Assembly (NCBI GenBank): GCA_965197585.1
Contig: OZ240215.1
Span: 3,168,001 to 3,232,000 of the forward strand
Direction of reading: 5' to 3'
Length of the DNA: 64,000 nucleotides
Origin: Dehalococcoidia bacterium
Lineage (GTDB): Bacteria > Chloroflexota > Dehalococcoidia > Plut-88900
This document shows positions 30,038 through 40,232 of the stretch, in pieces. Within the stretch, counting starts at the first letter, position 1, and the number at the start of each line of letters is the position of its first letter. The notes below the pieces were generated by a model. The model saw only the letters and a program-made list of their open reading frames with translations, did not search any database and was not told the DNA's origin. The translations under genes were made by a program, and so were the position numbers.

Positions 30038-30607
30038 GTGGCGTCGCTGCTAATCGTGTTGTCCGGGCCGAGTGGCGTCGGCAAGGACACGCTGATCCAC
30101 AAGCTGCTCCTGACTGAGCCGAAAATGCGGAAGATAACCACCGTCACCACCCGCGCCCCGAGACTAGGAGAGATAGATGGCCGAGACCACTATTTCGTCT
30201 CCCTCGACCGCTTCCATGAGCTGATAGAGGAAGGCGCGCTTCTGGAACACGCCAGGGTTTACGACAACTGGTACGGCGTCCCCAAGGCTGACGTTGACGA
30301 CTCGATACGGGAGGGTTGGGACGTGGTGTTGAGGACCGACATTCAGGGTGCGGCCTCAGTGAAGGCCCTTGCCCCGGAAGCGCTGACCATCTTCATTTCG
30401 CCGGGAGATGAGTCGGACCTTGAGAAGAGAATAGACAAGAGGGGTGCGGTAGATTCTGAAGACCGGGACTTGAGGCTCAAGACCGCAAGGGAAGAGATGC
30501 AAGCCGCCGAATCCTTCGACCACGTCGTGGTCAACCCGGAGAATGACCTGGACGCGGCGGTGGAGAGTGTCAGGCGGATATTGGAAGAGGAGCGGGGCCG
30601 GGACTAG
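30038..30607 (+). CDS. gmk: Guanylate kinase
   Basis: SGPSGVGKDT P-loop; TTRAPR.GEIDGRDHYFV. Confidence 0.95.
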   Translation: MASLLIVLSGPSGVGKDTLIHKLLLTEPKMRKITTVTTRAPRLGEIDGRDHYFVSLDRFHELIEEGALLEHARVYDNWYGVPKADVDDSIREGWDVVLRTDIQGAASVKALAPEALTIFISPGDESDLEKRIDKRGAVDSEDRDLRLKTAREEMQAAESFDHVVVNPENDLDAAVESVRRILEEERGRD

Positions 30608-30906
30608 GTGTCGTGGTTGTAGAAGATGCTGACCTCGTAGTCCTCCAGGATGGGAGGCTCGGCCCAGACGTCTCCCATGGTCTTCATCTGTTGGGCGTAG
30701 TACCCGTCCGTATTGCGCTCAATCACCTGCTCTTTGGTCTCCCACAGCGTGATTGAGAAACCCTTGCCCGTATCGGGGTTGGTCAGAAGGATCCCCATCT
30801 TGTAGCCCGGCGTCCTCTTGGAATTCTCAATCGACTCATCGTAACGTCTTACTGCCTCGGCGGCGGTTTCGGACGTGACCTTAAGGGTGACGACTCTCGC
30901 ATGCAT
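30604..30906 (-). CDS. ABM-like (dimeric alpha-beta barrel) protein
   Basis: MHARVVT..PGYK..SITLWET; AGGAGG RBS. Confidence 0.75.
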   Translation of the reverse strand: MHARVVTLKVTSETAAEAVRRYDESIENSKRTPGYKMGILLTNPDTGKGFSITLWETKEQVIERNTDGYYAQQMKTMGDVWAEPPILEDYEVSIFYNHDT

Positions 30907-30931
30907 GGGTGAACCTCCTGGACGTAGGTAG

Positions 30932-31030
30932 TGGCGGGAGCGGGAGGGAGTCGAACCCACCGTGGACGCCGAAGGGCGCCCACCGGACGGATTTGAAGTC
31001 CGCGGAGCCCACCGGGACCCATCCGCTCCC
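30932..31030 (-). tRNA. selC: tRNA-Sec(TCA)
   Basis: Anticodon arm GCGGA-CTTCAAA-TCCGT, 8-bp acceptor stem, long D stem and variable arm, GCCA end. Confidence 0.93.
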
Positions 31031-31061
31031 ATCCGGCGGTTGATTCTAACACAGGTCAAAA

Positions 31062-31102
31062 GGAGGCCGGGGCCCGACTCATCTGCGGGAACCCCGGCCT
31101 TC
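31062..31102 (-). terminator. Hairpin downstream of trxA
   Basis: aggccgggg..ccccggcct with a short T-run on the minus strand. Confidence 0.5.
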
Positions 31103-31133
31103 AGGTCTTCCTGTTTGAAACCGGCGGGTGGGT

Positions 31134-31463
31134 CTAGGTCAGGACGGATTCGACCTTCTTGACCAGCTCCCGCTTCGGCACGGCCCCGACTACCGTCTCG
31201 GCAACTTCGCCGTTCTTGAAGAACATCACGGTGGGGATGCTGCGAATGCGATACCCGGTCGTGACTTCGGGGGCTTCGTCCACGTTGAGCTTGGCGAAGG
31301 TCATTTTGCCTTCGTACTCAGAGGCCAGCTCCTCCACGATGGGTGCGATCATTCGGCACGGGCCGCACCAAGGCGCCCAGAAGTCGACCAGGACGGGCAC
31401 GTCCGAGTCCAGCACTTCCTTCTGCCAACTCTCGTCTCCTACTTCTATTGGCTTCGGCATCAT
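31134..31463 (-). CDS. trxA: Thioredoxin
   Basis: VLVDFWAPWCGPC and SIPT motifs. Confidence 0.97.
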   Translation of the reverse strand: MMPKPIEVGDESWQKEVLDSDVPVLVDFWAPWCGPCRMIAPIVEELASEYEGKMTFAKLNVDEAPEVTTGYRIRSIPTVMFFKNGEVAETVVGAVPKRELVKKVESVLT

Positions 31464-31554
31464 GTTCCTCCGGGGGTCTGAATCGGTATTTCCGGGCCAT
31501 TTTGGGCACGGTATCTACTCTTGCCAGTCAAGGAAAATTATAACACAGGCCGGG

Positions 31555-32940
31555 CTAGGGGCCCGACGGAAAGTCGGGAAACTCTGCGGCCAGGGCTTCC
31601 AGCGCGGGGCCGGATTCAGAGATTATTAGCAGAACGCGGTCCTCGTCCAGGGCCAAGTAGACACTTCGGGATTCGGAGTCCCAACGGCGGAGGCCCTCGG
31701 CGGAAGTTCTCAAGTCCAGGGATTCCTGCCCCGGGGCTTGGAAGTAGGAAATACAGGCGCCGAAAAAGTCCTGGGCATCCTCCACCGAGTCCCATGTGGA
31801 AAGTGATACCAAGGCAGACTCGTCTTGGTCGGAGTTGCGGAAAAGTGCGAAGCTGTCGCCTCCCCAGAATTCAGCGGCGTTGGCCGCCCTCGAGTCGGTG
31901 AGGCGGTTCTCCAGATAGGTGGCGATGATGAATTCCCCAAGGACCCCTTCGTCAATGGTCTCCCAGCCCGGTGCAAGGGCGGTAGTAAAGTCGGGGAGGG
32001 TAACGGTGACCGGTTGCTCACCGGCAAGGTATTTTTCCGGGTGCAGGATATGTTCTGTGGATAGCGGAGGGTCGGAGTAGGCGGAATCGACTGATTCCCA
32101 ACCCGTGACGGAATGGACGGCGGTTACGAAGACCGCTCCCTGCTGGTAGGGGAAGGCCAGGAGTTTGAAAAGGAAGGGGGGAACGCGGGAAAGGTCGGGA
32201 CCATCGTTCCCCGAGGAATATATCTGCCGAATCTCCGACCTTGTCAGGAACGCCCGGGCGTATGCCGTTGAACCTACAACGGCATCACCCTCCACCAATG
32301 CTGTCTTGGCGCGGGCCAAGTCGTCGTTTTCCTCATCCTCGGGGAAGAATACGTCCAGGTCGAAGGCCTGGTCCTGGAGAGCGTGAATGAGCTCATGGGC
32401 AAGGGTGTATTTGGCAGCGGGATTCGGGTCCTCACCGTCATTCAGCACGAACATCTCACCCGTGTCCGTATCGTAGTACCCGACCACCGACCCTGCGTAA
32501 AGGTCGGCAAAGACCTCCTTCAGGTCCGTACCGGGCGGGATGAAATCCAGGAGCATGAAAACCTCTGCCTCAATGTCGGCCTCCTCCTGCGTATACTCCT
32601 CCTCGATGCTCTCCCTGACGCTCTCCGCCATCTGATCGGAAGAGATGAAGAACGTAGGAGGGTCTTGTATGACGGGAAGTCCCCGCAATTCCGAGACCTG
32701 GCCGGTAATCCGTTCCACCACGTTCTGGATTGATTCGGGAATTGGCGAGGGCGTGGGTTCGGAAGTAGGAGTAAGGGAAGGTGTGGCTGTGGAAGTCGCG
32801 GTGGGACTCGGAGTGGAGGTCTGCATTTGAGTTGGCTCGGGGCTCGGACTGGTCGGCCTATGCTGCATGCAAGCCGCGGTCAGTGAAAGTATTGCGACGA
32901 ATAAGAGCAGAAAGACGCTTGCGCGGGAGTAGATGTTCAC
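31555..32940 (-). CDS. Putative lipoprotein with a zincin-like HExxH domain
   Basis: Lipobox LTAAC, P/T linker, LAHELIHALQDQ.F and LVEGDA. Confidence 0.75.
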   Translation of the reverse strand: MNIYSRASVFLLLFVAILSLTAACMQHRPTSPSPEPTQMQTSTPSPTATSTATPSLTPTSEPTPSPIPESIQNVVERITGQVSELRGLPVIQDPPTFFISSDQMAESVRESIEEEYTQEEADIEAEVFMLLDFIPPGTDLKEVFADLYAGSVVGYYDTDTGEMFVLNDGEDPNPAAKYTLAHELIHALQDQAFDLDVFFPEDEENDDLARAKTALVEGDAVVGSTAYARAFLTRSEIRQIYSSGNDGPDLSRVPPFLFKLLAFPYQQGAVFVTAVHSVTGWESVDSAYSDPPLSTEHILHPEKYLAGEQPVTVTLPDFTTALAPGWETIDEGVLGEFIIATYLENRLTDSRAANAAEFWGGDSFALFRNSDQDESALVSLSTWDSVEDAQDFFGACISYFQAPGQESLDLRTSAEGLRRWDSESRSVYLALDEDRVLLIISESGPALEALAAEFPDFPSGP

Positions 32941-33006
32941 GTAGGCAATCGCTTAGGTCAAATCGTAGGGGGCTTCAATAGAGTAAACGAAACGGCAGGG
33001 GTGAAG

Positions 33007-33633
33007 TTAGCTTGGGAGCAATAAGAGAGCCCACATCAATGTTGCAGACATCGGCGGCACGGTCAGGTTGTCGTCGAGAGGTGAGGGGAAAAGTTCCACC
33101 AGGGCCCCGACTCCCGCCCCACCCAGCGCCACCCAATACGGTACCTCAAGCCCGCCTGCGATCATCCCACACGCCACTACCCCCGCCCCGACGGCAAAGG
33201 CCAGGGTCCCCTCCAGGGACTTGCTGCCTATCTTCACCCGGCCGTAACGCTTTCCCACGACGCCAGCCAACGGGTCTCCCACGGCGATGTACAGAAGCGC
33301 CAGAATCGCTAGCTCTTTGTCGAAGAAAAGAAAAACGATAAGGCTGGTTGCCGCCATGTAAGTGCTGCCCAGCACCTGACTCGACTCCGACTGCTTCATC
33401 AACACAGCGAAGCGTGCTTGGAACCAACCGTTGAGTGCAGGGAGACGCCATCGGCCGATTTCTAGGGCGACCGCAACGCCTGTGAGCGATCCGGTGATGA
33501 TTATCATCACCTCCCTGTCCAGGCCCAATGCCATCAGGGCCAGAGCCGCAGTGGTCAGGACGTGAAAAATGCGTCGGTGCAGACGAGGGGCGGGCTTAGG
33601 GTCGGATTTTGGCACGTCTGGAGAGTCCGACAC
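33007..33633 (-). CDS. Polyprenol/phytol kinase-like (CTP_transf_1) membrane protein
   Basis: RRIFH, GDPLAGVVGKRYG, KSLEGT and DDNL motifs. Confidence 0.85.
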   Translation of the reverse strand: MSDSPDVPKSDPKPAPRLHRRIFHVLTTAALALMALGLDREVMIIITGSLTGVAVALEIGRWRLPALNGWFQARFAVLMKQSESSQVLGSTYMAATSLIVFLFFDKELAILALLYIAVGDPLAGVVGKRYGRVKIGSKSLEGTLAFAVGAGVVACGMIAGGLEVPYWVALGGAGVGALVELFPSPLDDNLTVPPMSATLMWALLLLPS

Positions 33634-33636
33634 GAC

Positions 33637-34017
33637 TCAGGCGCCCTCGCCCCGATGCTCGGAACAGTCAAGGGCTGAGTTCAGGGTGTCTATGGCGAGG
33701 ACGGTGGAGTGGAGTTTGGCGGGAGGAATGCCGTCCAGGGCCTCGGCGATATTGTGGCGGGTCAGGGCACGGGCCTCCGAGACCGACTTCCCTATCACAA
33801 GCTCGGTGGTGGCGCTGCTGGCGGCTATCGAGGCGCTGCACCCGAGCGTCTGAAAGCGGGCCTCCGCGATTACCCCATCTTGCATTCGAAGGTAGAGCGT
33901 CATGGTGTCGCCGCAGGCCGCATTCTTCTCCTTCCCGACACCCTCCGCACCCTCGATTATCCCCACGTTGCGGGGGTTGTTGAAGTGGTCTAGGAATGTC
34001 TTGCTGTATCGAGGCAC
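33637..34017 (-). CDS. iscU: IscU/NifU-type Fe-S scaffold
   Basis: DHFNNPRNVG, CGD and GCSAS motifs; PPAKLHS where HC is expected. Confidence 0.88.
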   Translation of the reverse strand: MPRYSKTFLDHFNNPRNVGIIEGAEGVGKEKNAACGDTMTLYLRMQDGVIAEARFQTLGCSASIAASSATTELVIGKSVSEARALTRHNIAEALDGIPPAKLHSTVLAIDTLNSALDCSEHRGEGA

Positions 34018-34042
34018 GGTAAGTTCGTCGCGGCCTGGCCCG

Positions 34043-35218
34043 CTACTCGGTCCCCGAGACCCTTCTGAGCCGCTCGACTATGGCCGGTAGCACTTCAAGC
34101 ACCCTGTCGATATCACCGTCCTCGTTGCTCTTCCCCACCGTGAGCCGCAGGCTGCCGACGGCCCTCTCCGCGGGGACGCCCATGGCCGTGAGTACGTGGG
34201 ACGGGTCCAGGGAGCCCGAGGTGCAGGCGCTTCCGCTTGAGGCGGAGATTCCCTCCATATCCAGCCCCACCAATACAGATTCCCCGGCCACCCCGTCGAT
34301 GCAGAAGTTGGCGTTGTTGGGGAGCCTCTCTGTCGGATGGCCGTTGAGGGTGGAGTTCGGGATACGTGAGAGGATACCGTCGATGAGTCGGTCGCGGAGG
34401 GCCTTGCTGTGCTCGTTGTTGACTCCCTGTTCCTCGGCAGCGATGCGCAGGGCCTCCGCCGCCCCGACTATCAAAGGAATGTTTTCGGTGCCGGCCCTCC
34501 GGTTCCCTTCCTGGCTGCCCCCGTACTGGAAGGGCCGGAAGGGTGTCCCGCTGCGGACGTACAGGATCCCGATCCCCTTGGGCCCGTAGAACTTGTGGGC
34601 GGCCAAAGTCAGCATGTCCACACCCAGCCGGTCGACATTTAAGTCCAGGACGCCCCCCGCCTGGGCCGCATCGGTGTGGAAGACGACGTCACGACCCATA
34701 TGTCGGGCCCGCTCCTTAATGGCGGCCCCGATCTCGGCAACGGGTTCGATGGTACCGACCTCGTTGTTGGCCAGCATTATCGATACTACGTTGGTGCGCT
34801 CGGAGATGGACTCGGCCACCTGTTCCGCGTCTACCATGCCCGACTCGTCGACGCCCAGGTACGTGGTCTCGAAACCGAAATCGTCCAGTGCCTGGCAGGC
34901 ATGGAGGATGGCGTGATGTTCGATGGCCGAGGTGACAATGTGGTCCCCTATATCCCGCTGCGCAAAAGCCGCCCCCGACACCGCCGCATTGTCAGCCTCC
35001 GTGGCCCCGCCTGTGAATATAACCTCCGAGGGTGAGCACCCGAGAATTGCGGCTACGGTCTCCCGCGCCTCTTCAAGGGCCGCCTGGCTGGTCTGTGAGA
35101 TGGAATACACCCCCGACGCATTGCCAAATTGTTCGGAGAAATAGGGGAGCATTGCCTCCAGGACGCGAGGGTCTACGGGCGTGGTGGCGGCGTGGTCCAG
35201 ATATATCTGACGTTTCAT
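34043..35218 (-). CDS. iscS: Cysteine desulfurase
   Basis: IYLDHAATTP, AHKFYGPKG, RAGTEN and SSGSACTS motifs. Confidence 0.95.
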   Translation of the reverse strand: MKRQIYLDHAATTPVDPRVLEAMLPYFSEQFGNASGVYSISQTSQAALEEARETVAAILGCSPSEVIFTGGATEADNAAVSGAAFAQRDIGDHIVTSAIEHHAILHACQALDDFGFETTYLGVDESGMVDAEQVAESISERTNVVSIMLANNEVGTIEPVAEIGAAIKERARHMGRDVVFHTDAAQAGGVLDLNVDRLGVDMLTLAAHKFYGPKGIGILYVRSGTPFRPFQYGGSQEGNRRAGTENIPLIVGAAEALRIAAEEQGVNNEHSKALRDRLIDGILSRIPNSTLNGHPTERLPNNANFCIDGVAGESVLVGLDMEGISASSGSACTSGSLDPSHVLTAMGVPAERAVGSLRLTVGKSNEDGDIDRVLEVLPAIVERLRRVSGTE

Positions 35219-35225
35219 TTCGCTG

Positions 35226-36146
35226 CTACGGCCGGGACAACTGTACCTCGATAACCCCGACGATCTGAGAGCCGTCCGTGACAAAGGCCCGGGGAACGCT
35301 ATTCTGGCGCATAAAGTCGAACACCGCCAATGCGTTTATGTTGGCAGGAATCTGAGGGGCGTCTGGTGGGCTTGGCAGACCGGTGTAAGGCGACATCACG
35401 TGAAACGCCGAGAAGCGGCTCATTGCCTCCCGCGTCTTGGCCGCCCTGTAACCGGCTAGGGCGGTCTGGAGCATCCAAAAACCGATGAATCCGAGCCACA
35501 GGCCGCTCAGCCACTGGCCGAGGAAGTAGACTATGCTTACCCCTCCGGCGCAGACCAGCATTGCGACACCGCAACCACCCAGGGATGCGTAGACCGTGCC
35601 CTTTTCTCGGTTATGGCTAATGGCCCAGACCGCCGACCTGACCAACTGACCGCCGTCCAACGGCAGGCCGGGCATCAGGTTGAAAATCGCCAGAATGGCA
35701 TTCGCCCCGAGCAGGTACGCGCCGAGAAATTCCACATACTCGTTGCTGGGCCCAACCAGGTAGAGATAGACGAAGAGGGCCGCTCCAATGACCAGGTTGA
35801 CGCCAGGCCCGACTATTGATATCAGGGCTTCGGTACGGGGCCGGTCCGCCGCTTTGGTCAGATGGGCTACGCCACCGAAGAGCCACAGAGTGATGCTCTG
35901 CACCGGTATTCCATGAAGCTTCGCTACGATGCTGTGGGCAAGCTCGTGGAGCAGGATGGATGCGAAGAATAGCAGCGTGTAAACGCCCGCCACGCTCCAG
36001 ACCTCGACCGAGGACCAGTGCGGGTATTGGTTGGGTACGTAATAGAGGCCACCGGGGATTAGGAGCATGGCGAAGATGATCAGCCATGTGACCTCAATCC
36101 TGATCGGGATGCCGAATACCCGCGCAATTGTGATTGAGTTGTTCAT
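35226..36146 (-). CDS. Site-2 (M50) intramembrane metalloprotease
   Basis: LLHELAHS and FNLMPGLPLDGG motifs. Confidence 0.93.
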   Translation of the reverse strand: MNNSITIARVFGIPIRIEVTWLIIFAMLLIPGGLYYVPNQYPHWSSVEVWSVAGVYTLLFFASILLHELAHSIVAKLHGIPVQSITLWLFGGVAHLTKAADRPRTEALISIVGPGVNLVIGAALFVYLYLVGPSNEYVEFLGAYLLGANAILAIFNLMPGLPLDGGQLVRSAVWAISHNREKGTVYASLGGCGVAMLVCAGGVSIVYFLGQWLSGLWLGFIGFWMLQTALAGYRAAKTREAMSRFSAFHVMSPYTGLPSPPDAPQIPANINALAVFDFMRQNSVPRAFVTDGSQIVGVIEVQLSRP

Positions 36147-36302
36147 TTGAATAGTGGGTTGCGTGTGCTACTAGACCTATTATACAACCGGGGCAGGACA
36201 TCTCTTCCCAGCCTGAGGAATCGCCTTGACCTTTCGGAAAAGCGCGACTTTTCTTAGCGGCTCTTTCCAGTGGGGCTGCGGATCTTGCTGCAGTAGTTCT
36301 GG

Positions 36303-36524
36303 TCAGATAGAGGAAACCGAAACTGCATCAATAGGTTGAGGGATGGGTATGCCCTCACTCGCCAGCATATCCAGATGTTCTGCCACGGCTTCTGAAATGA
36401 GTCTCTCTGTTTCTTCTTTTGTATCGCCCGCCGCCACACAACCGGGCAAATCAGGAAGATAGGCAGAATATCCGTTACCTGTCTCTTCGAAAACCACGGC
36501 GTAGACTTTCAGGGTTGTCGTCAT
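36303..36524 (-). CDS. hicB: HicB antitoxin
   Basis: YSAYLPDLPGCVAAGDT.EE..EAV..HL. Confidence 0.9.
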   Translation of the reverse strand: MTTTLKVYAVVFEETGNGYSAYLPDLPGCVAAGDTKEETERLISEAVAEHLDMLASEGIPIPQPIDAVSVSSI

Positions 36525-36531
36525 CTTGTAT

Positions 36532-36723
36532 CTAAGGCGATAGGCCGGCTTGTTTCAAGATACTTCTATAGGTATTTGGAGACAGGTCCTTGCTCGGCTT
36601 CCCGGCTATGGTTACGAGACCTGGCTTGCTGGGATGCTTGTAATGGCGATGGCTTCCCTTGTGCCGAACCTGCCGCCAACCGTCGTCTTCAACTAGTCGG
36701 ATCGCTTCCGCTACTTTTGGCAA
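36532..36723 (-). CDS. hicA: HicA toxin
   Basis: DGW..VRHKGSHRHYKHP.KPG.VT..SILKQAGL; start at TTG 36723 is an estimate. Confidence 0.88.
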   Translation of the reverse strand: MPKVAEAIRLVEDDGWRQVRHKGSHRHYKHPSKPGLVTIAGKPSKDLSPNTYRSILKQAGLSP

Positions 36724-36886
36724 GCTGTCGACGGCTCTGGGCCAATCCTCATTTCGGGAGTCTATACCCGCATTATACCCGACGCAACATAATCTCAGCC
36801 TCTGCTCCCAGGTCCGACTATTCGGGCCTTGTGCTATACTCGCGCCCGACATCCGACTCTAAAATCCACCTCTTTGACTATGCACC

Positions 36887-38119
36887 ATGCGGGCTGAAAT
36901 TGTATCCATAGGCACCGAGATTCTCCTCGGTGAAATCACCGATCTTAATGCCCCCTTTCTCGCCTCCCAACTCCCCCTGCTGGGCATCGACCTTTACCGA
37001 ATCCACCAGCTTGGGGACAACAAGGACCGGCTGGTAGAGACCTTCCGGGCCATCTGGTCCCGGGCCGACCTTATCATGACCACCGGCGGCCTCGGCCCGA
37101 CCCAGGACGACGTCACCCGGGAGGCCGTGTCGGAACTCGTGAGCGAGGAGATGAAGGTAGACCCCGAGCTGGAGGGTCAGCTTCGCTCTTTCTTTAGTAA
37201 CCGCAATTACCCGATGCCCCTTTCGAACCTGAAACAGGCCACGCTGATACCCTCGGCGCGGGCCATCAACAACCCAAGGGGCACGGCCCCCGGCTGGTGG
37301 GTCGAGAGCGGGGAGCGAAGGATAATCTGCATGCCCGGCCCGCCGGGTGAGATGCAGAGGATGTGGAACAAGGAAGTGGCTCCCGAGCTCAAGAAGCTCG
37401 TAGTCGGCGGGGGCGTCCTGGTGTCGAGAACTGTCAAGACTTTCGGCCTCAGCGAAGGTGGCCTCGACGAGATGGTCTCTTCCCTCCTTTCTTCGAACAA
37501 CCCGACCATCGGGGTTTATGCCAAGGATGATGGTATCCATCTCCGCATCACCTCTAAGGGCGATGACGAGGATACGGCCTCTGCGCTGCTGAAAGAGATG
37601 GAGGCCCGAGTCGATGACATCCTGGGAGCCTACATCTGGGGCAGGGACGAGGACACGCTGGAAGGGAACGTAGGGAAGCTGTTGCTGTCCAAAGGCCTGA
37701 GCCTGGCTGCCATGGAGTCCTGTAGTGGGGGCCTGCTGTCCAACATGATCACCAACGTGCCGGGCAGTTCCCAATATTTCAAAGGCGGCGTGGTCTCCTA
37801 CACCAACGAGGTCAAGATGGCCAACGGCGTGGACAGCGGCATTCTCGAGCTTCACGGCGCCATCAGCCGAGAGACGGCACAGGCCATGGCACGGGCCTGC
37901 CGCGAGAGAAACAATGCAGACATGGGTGTCGGTATAACCGGAGTCGCTGGCCCCGACGCAAGCGAAGGCAAGGACCCCGGCACCGTGTTCCTGGGGATAT
38001 CGAGCAGGAACGGGACTCGGTCCGTGGATTTGAACCTTCCCGGAATCCGGCCCCTCATCAAGCAGAGAGCGGCCATAGCCGCCCTTTCCGAGCTTCAAAA
38101 GGAACTTCAGGCCCTGTAA
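36887..38119 (+). CDS. cinA: CinA family protein (MoCF-like domain plus NMN deamidase)
   Basis: IGTEILLGEI, TGGLGPTQDDVT, ESCSGG and GITGVAGP motifs. Confidence 0.94.
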   Translation: MRAEIVSIGTEILLGEITDLNAPFLASQLPLLGIDLYRIHQLGDNKDRLVETFRAIWSRADLIMTTGGLGPTQDDVTREAVSELVSEEMKVDPELEGQLRSFFSNRNYPMPLSNLKQATLIPSARAINNPRGTAPGWWVESGERRIICMPGPPGEMQRMWNKEVAPELKKLVVGGGVLVSRTVKTFGLSEGGLDEMVSSLLSSNNPTIGVYAKDDGIHLRITSKGDDEDTASALLKEMEARVDDILGAYIWGRDEDTLEGNVGKLLLSKGLSLAAMESCSGGLLSNMITNVPGSSQYFKGGVVSYTNEVKMANGVDSGILELHGAISRETAQAMARACRERNNADMGVGITGVAGPDASEGKDPGTVFLGISSRNGTRSVDLNLPGIRPLIKQRAAIAALSELQKELQAL

Positions 38120-38151
38120 GAAAGTCCCGGATCAACCTGAGAGGAGCCACA

Positions 38152-39252
38152 ATGAAAACGAAAGCGGCGGTACTATACGAAGCCAACACCCCCTTGGTAA
38201 TTGAGGAAGTGGACCTGGATCCGCCTAGGGCGGGGGAAGTGAAGATAAAGGTCGGCGCTGCAGGCGTCTGCCGAAGTGACCTCCACTTCATGCATGGAAA
38301 CGCCAAGTGCCCGCTCCCCGTGGTCCTCGGCCATGAGGCCGCCGGCACGGTCGAGGAGGTCGGTGAGGGTGTGACTTCGGTGGCTCCGGGAGACCGGGTG
38401 GTGATTGCCTTCGTGTCCACGTGCGGAAGGTGCGAGAACTGTGTGATTGGCAGGCCCAACCTCTGCCTGACTCGCGGCAAGTTTGTAATGTCCCAGTTTG
38501 ACGGCACCAGCAGACTGCACAAGGGCGATATGAAGATTGCCCAGTTCGACCAGATGTCTTGCTTCGCCTCCCACACCGTGGTCCCCGAGTCTGCCTGCAT
38601 CCCCGCCCCCGACAGCTTGCCCATGGAGATTGCCGCCTTCATCGGCTGCTGCACCACCACAGGTGTCGGGGCCGTTCTCTACAACGCCAAGGTCGAGGCC
38701 AACAGCACGGTCGCCGTGGTTGGCTGTGGCGGCGTGGGCCTCAACGTGATCATGGGTTCGGGCCTGGCCAATGCCCGGCAGATCATCGCAGTAGACATAA
38801 ACGAAGGCAAGCTGGAGTTCGCCATGAAGTTCGGGGCTACTCACTCCGTTAACCCCAGCCAGCAGGACGCCGTGGCCCGGGTCAAGGAGTTAACTGGCGG
38901 CCAGGGCGTCGATTACGCATTCGAGGTCTTCGGCTCCCCCGACACCGTTGAAATGACCTACGAAATGACCAAGAAGGGCGGCACAGCCGTCGTGGTCGGC
39001 ATCTCGCCTTGGGGCTCGAAAGCCCCTATAGATCCCGTGGCCTTGGTACGGGACGAAAAGGTGCTCAAGGGCTGCTATTACGGCTCCGCCCGTATGAGCA
39101 CCGACATGCCCAAGCTCATAGACATGTACCAGGCGGGCAGACTGCCTCTGGATGACCTCGTCACCCGGCGCTACTCCCTCGACCAGATTAACGAAGCCTA
39201 CGATGACCTGGACCGTGGGGAAATCGGTCGAGGCGTGATCACCCAGTTCTAG
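38152..39252 (+). CDS. Zn-dependent alcohol dehydrogenase (class III-like)
   Basis: CRSD, GHEAAG, CGRCENC..C and GCGGVG motifs. Confidence 0.94.
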   Translation: MKTKAAVLYEANTPLVIEEVDLDPPRAGEVKIKVGAAGVCRSDLHFMHGNAKCPLPVVLGHEAAGTVEEVGEGVTSVAPGDRVVIAFVSTCGRCENCVIGRPNLCLTRGKFVMSQFDGTSRLHKGDMKIAQFDQMSCFASHTVVPESACIPAPDSLPMEIAAFIGCCTTTGVGAVLYNAKVEANSTVAVVGCGGVGLNVIMGSGLANARQIIAVDINEGKLEFAMKFGATHSVNPSQQDAVARVKELTGGQGVDYAFEVFGSPDTVEMTYEMTKKGGTAVVVGISPWGSKAPIDPVALVRDEKVLKGCYYGSARMSTDMPKLIDMYQAGRLPLDDLVTRRYSLDQINEAYDDLDRGEIGRGVITQF

Positions 39253-39277
39253 GCTCTCTGCACATTTGAATAGCAAT

Positions 39278-39310
39278 ATGAGCGGCCCCGGTCTGACTGG
39301 GGCCGCTCAT
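39278..39310 (+). terminator. Intrinsic terminator-like hairpin
   Basis: atgagcggcccc..ggggccgctcat followed by ttgt. Confidence 0.65.
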
Positions 39311-39335
39311 TTGTATCTAGCGCATCGTATATGGA

Positions 39336-40232
39336 ATGGGCGTGGTTGAGGGTGATTACCGACACGCGTCGATCCGCTATCCACCGCCAAGCAGGTTTAC
39401 AGTGCCGCGTGCTATGGTTCCCGACATATGGGTGAACATAGCCGTGCCTGAATTCCTGGTCCCCACACCGATAGACCTGAATTGGTGGAAGGCGATTATC
39501 CTCCTGGCAACCGGGGCGGTGGCAGGATTTATCAACACCTTTAGTGGCGGTGGTGCGATGATCACCGTACCGGTGCTGATACTCATGGGCATGCCCGCCG
39601 ACATTGCCAACGCTACCAACAGGGTCGGAACGTTCCAGCAGTCAATCACCAGTGCAGTCGGTTTTGAAAGGGCGGGCAAGCTCGAGAAAAGAGCGGCCCT
39701 GCCCATGCTCGTGCCGACTATGTCGGGGGCCGCTTTGGGCGCGTTCACTGCAACCTGGATACCGGTGGAGACCTTCAAACCCCTCATCTTGACCGTGATG
39801 ATTGGCTTCGCAGTCATAACGATTGTGCTGCCCGAAGTCATAATGCCGCCGGAAGGCACCCGGACATTCAGCCTCAGGGAACGACCTCTGGGAATTTTGG
39901 TGTTGTTCGTGTCCGGCGTATATGCAGGAATGGTGCAGGCGGGGGTGGGCTTTATTCTGATGTTGGCTTTGGCCGCCGGCCTCCGCTACGATCTGACCCG
40001 AACTAACGCCTTGAAAGTCGTGTGCACCGGCTTCTTCAGTATTGCGGCACTGGCTGTTTTCATACCCACGGGTCACGTGGATTGGGTCCCGGCCATCCTT
40101 ATTGCCGCCGGCATGACGGTGGGCGCCATTCTGAGCGTCAAGTTTGCACTGACCGTGAGCCAGAAGGTGGTCAAGTGGGTACTGTTCGTCATGGTCTGTC
40201 TGACAGCCGGGTCGGCTCTCATATTCACCTGA
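39336..40232 (+). CDS. TauE/SafE family sulfite exporter (true start probably later, e.g. GTG 39444)
   Basis: AGFINTFSGGGA..ANATNR and YAG..QAGVG repeats; multiple TM segments. Confidence 0.85.
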   Translation: MGVVEGDYRHASIRYPPPSRFTVPRAMVPDIWVNIAVPEFLVPTPIDLNWWKAIILLATGAVAGFINTFSGGGAMITVPVLILMGMPADIANATNRVGTFQQSITSAVGFERAGKLEKRAALPMLVPTMSGAALGAFTATWIPVETFKPLILTVMIGFAVITIVLPEVIMPPEGTRTFSLRERPLGILVLFVSGVYAGMVQAGVGFILMLALAAGLRYDLTRTNALKVVCTGFFSIAALAVFIPTGHVDWVPAILIAAGMTVGAILSVKFALTVSQKVVKWVLFVMVCLTAGSALIFT

